A DNA stretch of 64,000 nt from assembly GCA_014297435.1 (NCBI GenBank), contig JACOQA010000003.1, positions 32,001 to 96,000 of the forward strand. The letters are read 5' to 3'. Positions within the stretch are counted from its first letter, which is position 1. Each line of letters starts with the position of its first letter. Origin of the DNA: Candidatus Nanohaloarchaea archaeon (GTDB lineage: Archaea; Nanohalarchaeota; Nanosalinia; Nanosalinales; Nanosalinaceae). The notes beneath the pieces are model-generated. The model was given only the letters and a program-made list of their open reading frames with translations, was not told where the DNA came from and searched no databases. Shown in pieces: positions 58,616-64,000 of this stretch. A program made the translations under genes and the position numbers.

Positions 58616-58929
58616 CCTCTCGAGCTTTAAGTTGTGTTTCCATCATGATTCACGTCATCTAAAACATCATTCCAAAGCCTTAAATAGGTTATTTCCTGTA
58701 CTGCGGCTTTCTATGGCAGCATTACGTCTAGAAAAAAATTATAGAGCATATCTAGAAGATTGGAAACTGAAGACTGTGCCATGACTTCTCTAGAATTGAT
58801 GAAATACGGAAAAATATAGATAAACCTATATTAACAATCTTAGAGATAGCTCTGTCCGGTTTCGTTAGCCTCTCTTTTCCAAAAGCGTCCACCTTTCAGA
58901 GACATAATAAATGGTTAGAGGGAAGTTCC

Positions 58930-59688
58930 TTAAATGTTCATCTTCTCCGCCTTGAATCCAAGCATTCCCTCATAGCCATCATTCGACATCAAAATAGGGT
59001 AGAAGGATTCCTCAGCAACAAGTTCCTCACCATTTCTCTTGGCGAATACGGTTCCTTCCTTCACTAGGTCGAAGTTCGTGGCCTTGAATTCCCAATCCCC
59101 CTCCACTGTTTCGTAGTACTTGAAGTAGTTTGGATCTGAGAGTTCGAATTCGCGTTCGATTATTCCTTCTGCAGCAAGGTAGTTCAGTAGTACGTTGAAA
59201 CCATTTTCTACAGCTTGATCCGAGCCTTGTAGTCCGGTCTCGACAACTATGCCTGTGACCTCGCCGTTCAAGGTTCCGTTGCTTTCAGAGAAATAAACAG
59301 CATTTTCCACTCCTGCTTTCCTGCACATCTCCTTCGTATCTTCATTCAGATGTGAGAGAGTTGCGAATGGTTCGGGATGGGAACGAGTAGTGTGAAGATC
59401 AAGGACATTCATGCCTTTTACTTCTTCGAGTATTTTGGCAGCTAGTCTTTCCTCGTGTTTATCGCTTTCCAAATCTCCCGGGAAAGAACGGTTGAGATCT
59501 GCTTCCAAGTACCTTTTGTCTTTCTCTAATGCTTCTTCGTTAGCTATTACAAGTTTCAAAGGCTTCTTGACTTGTATATCCGAGTTAAGAAATCTTTCTA
59601 TCACTTTTTTACCGCAAGGTTCGTCACCGTGTATTGATCCGACAACGGCATGTTTCGGCTCGCCTTCTCCAAGTTTCTCTACTCTCAT
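58930..59688 (-). CDS. Succinylglutamate desuccinylase/aspartoacylase family (M14-like)
   Basis: HGDEPCG, DLNRSFPG, LDLHTT, VETG. Confidence 0.9.
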   Translation of the reverse strand: MRVEKLGEGEPKHAVVGSIHGDEPCGKKVIERFLNSDIQVKKPLKLVIANEEALEKDKRYLEADLNRSFPGDLESDKHEERLAAKILEEVKGMNVLDLHTTRSHPEPFATLSHLNEDTKEMCRKAGVENAVYFSESNGTLNGEVTGIVVETGLQGSDQAVENGFNVLLNYLAAEGIIEREFELSDPNYFKYYETVEGDWEFKATNFDLVKEGTVFAKRNGEELVAEESFYPILMSNDGYEGMLGFKAEKMNI

Positions 59689-59711
59689 AGCTAAGGTTTG
59701 AAGGCTAACGA

Positions 59712-60884
59712 TTATGAATACTTTTCAAGTGCCTCGACAGCTTCCAACTTTTCGCCAGACATCAATCGGACAAAGGCACCTCCCGCAATAGATACATGGG
59801 AGAAGTCTTCAAGCTCATAACCGAAGCGTTCTACCAGTGAAGAAGTATGTCCTCCTCCGAGAACAGTGAAACCTCCATTCTCGGCGATACCATCTACAAC
59901 TTTTTTGGTTCCATCCTCGTGTTGTTCGAAAGCGCCCATAGGACCCTTCATGAGTACTGAGTCAGCCTCCTCTATAACTGAAACGTAGTTCTCGGTCGTT
60001 TCTTTTCCTATGTCCCACGCCATCGTGTCTTCAGGTACTTCGCCGGTTTCGAAGTTGCCCTCTTCTGTCGAGACATCTACTGGAACTACTATCTTTTCTT
60101 CGTATGTTTCTAGAAGTTCTTCTAACTCCTCTTGTTTCGAGTCGAAGCCTTTCTCCTTTATCCAATCGGCTTTACCACCAAGATCATATCCTTGGATAGT
60201 TAGTGCAAGTTCTCCAGGTATGCCTCCTAGAAGAACCTTGTCGACTTTTTCTATCATCTCCTCCAGCATTCCTACTATATCTGAAGGCTTCTCACCTCCC
60301 AGAACCAATACAGGATTATCTAATTCGTCCCTAACTTTCCGACAGTTCGAAAGCTCCTTTTCCATAACCGGACCGGCGTAAGAATCAAGCAGTGGCGCGA
60401 ATCCTACTATCGATCCATGAGATCTGTGAGCTGCTGAGAACCCGTCGTTCACAAACAGGTCGAACTCTTCAGCTATTTTTTCAACAAAAATATCGTTTGA
60501 ATGACCTTCCGGCGTTGCATTTCTCAGTTCTTCTGAAAGGAAACGAACATTCTCAAGTAACGCAATATCGCCGTCAGACATGGAATTAACTTCGTCCGAT
60601 AGTTCGTTCCCGAAGAACGATTCAACAAACTCGACGTCCCGACCAATATTATTTTCTAAGTGATCGGCGTGTTCCTCAAGCGATAGGAAATCTTTTCTTC
60701 CCGGTCTTCCTTGATGCGCTAGGACAAGTGTTTTGGCTCCTCGTTCAGATATCATCTCGATAGTTTCAAGGTATCGTTTGAACCGTACTGTCTCCTGTGG
60801 TTCTCCGTTTTCAACCGGAAGATTGAGATCTGTCCTGAGAACTACTTTTTTGCCTTCAAGATCGGCTTCTTCGAGAGTGTTCAT
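59712..60884 (-). CDS. pgk: Phosphoglycerate kinase
   Basis: LRTDLNLP, AHQGRPG, LLENVRF, ND.F.AAHR, GGGH, HVSIAGGA. Confidence 0.97.
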   Translation of the reverse strand: MNTLEEADLEGKKVVLRTDLNLPVENGEPQETVRFKRYLETIEMISERGAKTLVLAHQGRPGRKDFLSLEEHADHLENNIGRDVEFVESFFGNELSDEVNSMSDGDIALLENVRFLSEELRNATPEGHSNDIFVEKIAEEFDLFVNDGFSAAHRSHGSIVGFAPLLDSYAGPVMEKELSNCRKVRDELDNPVLVLGGEKPSDIVGMLEEMIEKVDKVLLGGIPGELALTIQGYDLGGKADWIKEKGFDSKQEELEELLETYEEKIVVPVDVSTEEGNFETGEVPEDTMAWDIGKETTENYVSVIEEADSVLMKGPMGAFEQHEDGTKKVVDGIAENGGFTVLGGGHTSSLVERFGYELEDFSHVSIAGGAFVRLMSGEKLEAVEALEKYS

Positions 60885-61105
60885 GCTGAAAGGTTCGTAT
60901 AGCTTGTTTTTGAAGCTTCCCGGACCGTATAAAAATCTTCTCTGATATTAGTTGATTAGGTGCCACGAATGAAAGGTGGATGTTTTGGACTGTCCTCAGA
61001 GACAGTCACGGTTTAGAACTCTGGAACCATCTAGAGTCTTCTATAAATACAGCTTAAAACCTTCAAAAAGATCGGTCTCGACTGTTTCTCCATGAGGTAT
61101 CTGAA

Positions 61106-62851
61106 ATGACTGAAAGTACTAGCGAGAAACTTGTCGAAGTTGCGAAGAGGAGAGGATTCTTCTCACAGACCGCTGAAAGCTACGGCGGTGTCGCAGGCTT
61201 CTACACCTTCGGACCTGAAGGCGCAGAACTAAAGAGAAATATCGAAAACCTGTGGAGAGACCGTTTCAACACAAAAGAGGGGCATCGAGAGATAGAAGCT
61301 CCTACGATTATGCCTGAACCGGTTTTCGAAGCATCAGGACACTTAGAAACGTTTGACGACATGATAATCGAGTGCCCGGAATGCCAATCGTCTATAAGAG
61401 CTGACCACTTGGTTGAGGACAACACGAACATAGAGGAGGCTGAAAGCTTCCCAACTGACAAAGTTGAGCAGATCATCGAGGACGAAGACCTTGTCTGTTC
61501 CTCATGCGGATTTGAACTATCGGGAATCGATGTAAACGATTTCAACCTAATGTTCGAGACCAATATCGGACCAGGAGACTCGAACCCTGGCTATTTGAGA
61601 CCGGAGACAGCTCAAGGTATCTTCGCGGAGTTCCCACGTTTCAAGGAATACGCGAGAAACCAGTTGCCTTTCGGAATCACCCAGATCGGTAAAGCCTACA
61701 GGAACGAGATATCGCCACGGAAATCGATTATCAGGGTAAGGGAGTTTACCCAAGCCGAGCTTGAACACTTTATCCATCCTCACGATGATGAACCTAACCT
61801 GGAGAAAGTTGAGGACGTTGAGCTCGTGCTTTACCCCGCAACTGAACAGCAGAAAGACGAGGGCGAGTACAAGAAAATGACGGTAAATGAAGCTGTTGAG
61901 AAGAACGTCATCGAAAGTGACTGGGTAGCTTATTATCTCGGTGTCGCGAAGCGGTGGTACAGCCGTGTCGGTATCGACATGACTCGATTCCGTTACAGAC
62001 AGCATCTTGAAGGCGAGAGAGCGCATTACGCCTCAGACTGTTGGGATGCAGAGGCTGAGATTGATGGCGACTGGATAGAGATATCCGGTTTCTCGGACAG
62101 AGGCTGCTATGACCTGAAAAAACACCAGGAACATTCGGAGGAAAGCTATGAGATCTTCGAGCAGTTCGATGAACCTGTAACCGAGGAAAAAGCTAAGATC
62201 GATCCTGACATGTCCTGGATGGGACCGACTTACGGAGATCACGCCTCAGAAATCCTAGAAGAGCTGGAGAGAATGGTTGAAGAAGAGCCTCAGATCTTCG
62301 AGAGAAAGTCTGAGCTAAGGATCGAGTTCGACGAGAAAACGTTTAACATCCCTGTCGACAAGCTTAACTTCGAAATCGTGGAGGAAGAAAAGAACGGTGA
62401 GAGACTTCTTCCTCACGTCATCGAACCTTCCTTCGGTGTCGACCGAATCCTTTACGCTGTTATGGATCACAGCTTTGAGGAGGATGAGGTTGATGGTGAA
62501 GAGAGAACCGTTCTCAGCTTTGAGACTGAGGTCGCGCCTTCACTTGTCGCCGTCTTCCCATTAATGGATAAGGACGGAATGGGAGAGAAAGCCCGTGAAG
62601 TAGCCGAGAACCTTAGAAGCAAAGGTTTCGAGACCCGTTACGACGACTCTGGTGCTATAGGCAGAAGGTACCGGAGGCAGGATGAGATCGGTACTCCTTA
62701 CTGTGTGACGGTCGACCACGAGACCTTGGAGGACGGAACCGTTACAGTCAGGGATAGAGATTCGACCGACCAGAAAAGAGTCGATCTTGAGGAACTTGAA
62801 AAAGTTCTTGAGAGGCTTGGAGAAGGAGAAATTAGTTTCTCCGACCTCTAA
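61106..62851 (+). CDS. glyS: Glycyl-tRNA synthetase (homodimeric archaeal type)
   Basis: RRGFF, ASGH..F.D, YLRPETAQGIF, RNEISPR, REFTQAE, PHVIEPSFG, IGRRYRRQDEIGTP. Confidence 0.98.
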   Translation: MTESTSEKLVEVAKRRGFFSQTAESYGGVAGFYTFGPEGAELKRNIENLWRDRFNTKEGHREIEAPTIMPEPVFEASGHLETFDDMIIECPECQSSIRADHLVEDNTNIEEAESFPTDKVEQIIEDEDLVCSSCGFELSGIDVNDFNLMFETNIGPGDSNPGYLRPETAQGIFAEFPRFKEYARNQLPFGITQIGKAYRNEISPRKSIIRVREFTQAELEHFIHPHDDEPNLEKVEDVELVLYPATEQQKDEGEYKKMTVNEAVEKNVIESDWVAYYLGVAKRWYSRVGIDMTRFRYRQHLEGERAHYASDCWDAEAEIDGDWIEISGFSDRGCYDLKKHQEHSEESYEIFEQFDEPVTEEKAKIDPDMSWMGPTYGDHASEILEELERMVEEEPQIFERKSELRIEFDEKTFNIPVDKLNFEIVEEEKNGERLLPHVIEPSFGVDRILYAVMDHSFEEDEVDGEERTVLSFETEVAPSLVAVFPLMDKDGMGEKAREVAENLRSKGFETRYDDSGAIGRRYRRQDEIGTPYCVTVDHETLEDGTVTVRDRDSTDQKRVDLEELEKVLERLGEGEISFSDL

Positions 62852-62854
62852 ACT

Positions 62855-62871
62855 TTTTTTCTTTCTTCTCT
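62855..62871 (+). terminator. Oligo-T terminator after glyS
   Basis: TTTTTTCTTTCTTCT directly after the stop. Confidence 0.45.
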
Positions 62872-62913
62872 AGAGTGCCTATATTGATAAAATAGGGTTC
62901 CGCATGGTTGCGT

Positions 62914-63813
62914 ATGGTCGAGTGTTCTGAATGTGGGAAGGAAACTATGAGCTTCACCTGCAAGTACTGCGGTGAGAAATACTGTTCAGAGCACCGGCTA
63001 CCTGAGAACCACAACTGTGACGGTTTAGAGGAAGAGATTGAGAAAAAGAAGGAGGAAAGCCAGAAATGGTTCGAGGAAAAAGAAGTCAAAAATCCCGCAC
63101 CCTCAAAGGCACAGCCAAAAAAGCCTTCACTGTTTGAAGACATACTAAGAACATTTAGAAATAATGCCACGCTAAGCATAATTACATTTACTACGTTTGC
63201 GTTCTTCCTGCAGACGATGTTTGGCGGAAGTCTGAACGAAAGCCCTCTAAGCTATTTCGTTCTACAGTCTCAGCTTTCCGATGTAATCGCACAGCCTTGG
63301 ACACTGATCACAGTCATGTTCATGCACGGAGGACTGTTCCATCTCTTTGCCAACATGATCACCCTGTATTTCTTCGGAGAACCTATAGAGAAGACTGTAG
63401 GATCATGGAACTTCCTCAAGTTCTACTTCCTGTCCGGACTAGCAGCAAGTATTGGATTTGTTGCGGTTAGAAACATCCTATCACTTTACCAGGGAGTAGG
63501 AGTGTTCGGACCCGCAGTCGGAGCTTCAGGCGCAGTAGTCGCATGCTTCGCGGCAGTAGCCATGCTTTATCCAAGAGCCGAAGTCCTACTTTACTTTGTG
63601 TTCCCGATGAAGATTAAGACTGCTCTCTACGCCTTCGGAGGACTTGAACTTTTCAACCTAGCAGCTAAAGCTGCAGGACATACTTTACCTGTCATAGGCG
63701 GTTTCGCATCATCAGCACACCTCACAGGCATGCTAGTAGGAATATGGTACGGAAGAAAATTGAGAGATAAGTATGCCAACCAAAGAGGAGTCTTCGACTT
63801 ATTTGGAGCGTAA
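62914..63813 (+). CDS. Rhomboid intramembrane serine protease with N-terminal AN1 zinc finger
   Basis: CSEC..FTCKYCGEKYCSEHRLPENHNC; PW..IT.MF.HG..H..NM, GASG, SAHL.G. Confidence 0.95.
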   Translation: MVECSECGKETMSFTCKYCGEKYCSEHRLPENHNCDGLEEEIEKKKEESQKWFEEKEVKNPAPSKAQPKKPSLFEDILRTFRNNATLSIITFTTFAFFLQTMFGGSLNESPLSYFVLQSQLSDVIAQPWTLITVMFMHGGLFHLFANMITLYFFGEPIEKTVGSWNFLKFYFLSGLAASIGFVAVRNILSLYQGVGVFGPAVGASGAVVACFAAVAMLYPRAEVLLYFVFPMKIKTALYAFGGLELFNLAAKAAGHTLPVIGGFASSAHLTGMLVGIWYGRKLRDKYANQRGVFDLFGA

Positions 63814-63862
63814 GATTTTTAATTTCCGGACAAGAAACTAGTGAAGACTGGTGTCAAAACAC

Positions 63863-64000
63863 GTGCTATATGATGATGGAGAAAAAATTCTCTTGCAAAG
63901 ACCTAACGAACTTCTATCAGATAACAGGTTCGTCGAACAGGCAAAATCGCCTTTGACACTTATTTCTGAGGCAGATCAGAGATATGCAGCACATATAGAG
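63863..64000 (+). CDS. Possible start of a hypothetical protein (3' truncated)
   Basis: Frame from GTG 63863 (VLYDDGEKILLQRPNE...) stays open to the window end. Confidence 0.3.
   Translation, partial: MLYDDGEKILLQRPNELLSDNRFVEQAKSPLTLISEADQRYAAHIE

Noticed and set aside
58606-60987. Shared GGTGGATGTTTT segment at ~58606-58617(-) and 60975-60986(+)
   Set aside because: Only ~12 bp with no further similarity; compatible with chance
1-64000. CRISPR arrays, rRNA, transposases/integrases, prophage or att duplications at the tRNAs
   Set aside because: No regularly spaced repeats, rRNA-like tracts, recombinase motifs or tRNA 3'-end duplications seen by eye

Overview
Gene-dense archaeal chromosome segment with no rRNA, CRISPR array or recognisable IS, phage or integrase. 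The strongly acidic proteome, archaeal-type GlyRS/PheRS/Hef/Pth2, class III pilin signals, archaeosortase, compact spacing and moderate GC point to a halophilic DPANN archaeon, most likely Nanohaloarchaeota (inference). Housekeeping content: ileS 3' end, cysS, pheS/pheT, trpS, glyS, ppsA, pgk, ndk, truD, pth2, hef, a MinD-family ATPase and two HerA-family ATPases. RNA genes read directly from the sequence: tRNA-Cys(GCA), tRNA-Val(UAC) with a non-canonical 32-nt D-arm intron, and SRP RNA with a UGAC helix-8 loop. The best candidate for an undescribed system is a ~16-kb cell-surface locus (25.3-41.5 kb). It holds about eight secreted or membrane-anchored beta-rich proteins sharing pilin-like strand motifs, a putative major subunit behind a long structured leader with uORFs, and a MoxR-DUF58-vWA chaperone module, followed by thioredoxin and glycosyltransferase genes. 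Other oddities: an unannotated 30-aa Cys-rich metallothionein-like peptide upstream of tRNA-Cys, a PEP synthase fused to a winged-helix domain, a pspC with an in-frame stop, and a type IV pilin/HerA/Hef/resolvase neighbourhood. All family assignments come from motif recognition by eye; no database searches were run.
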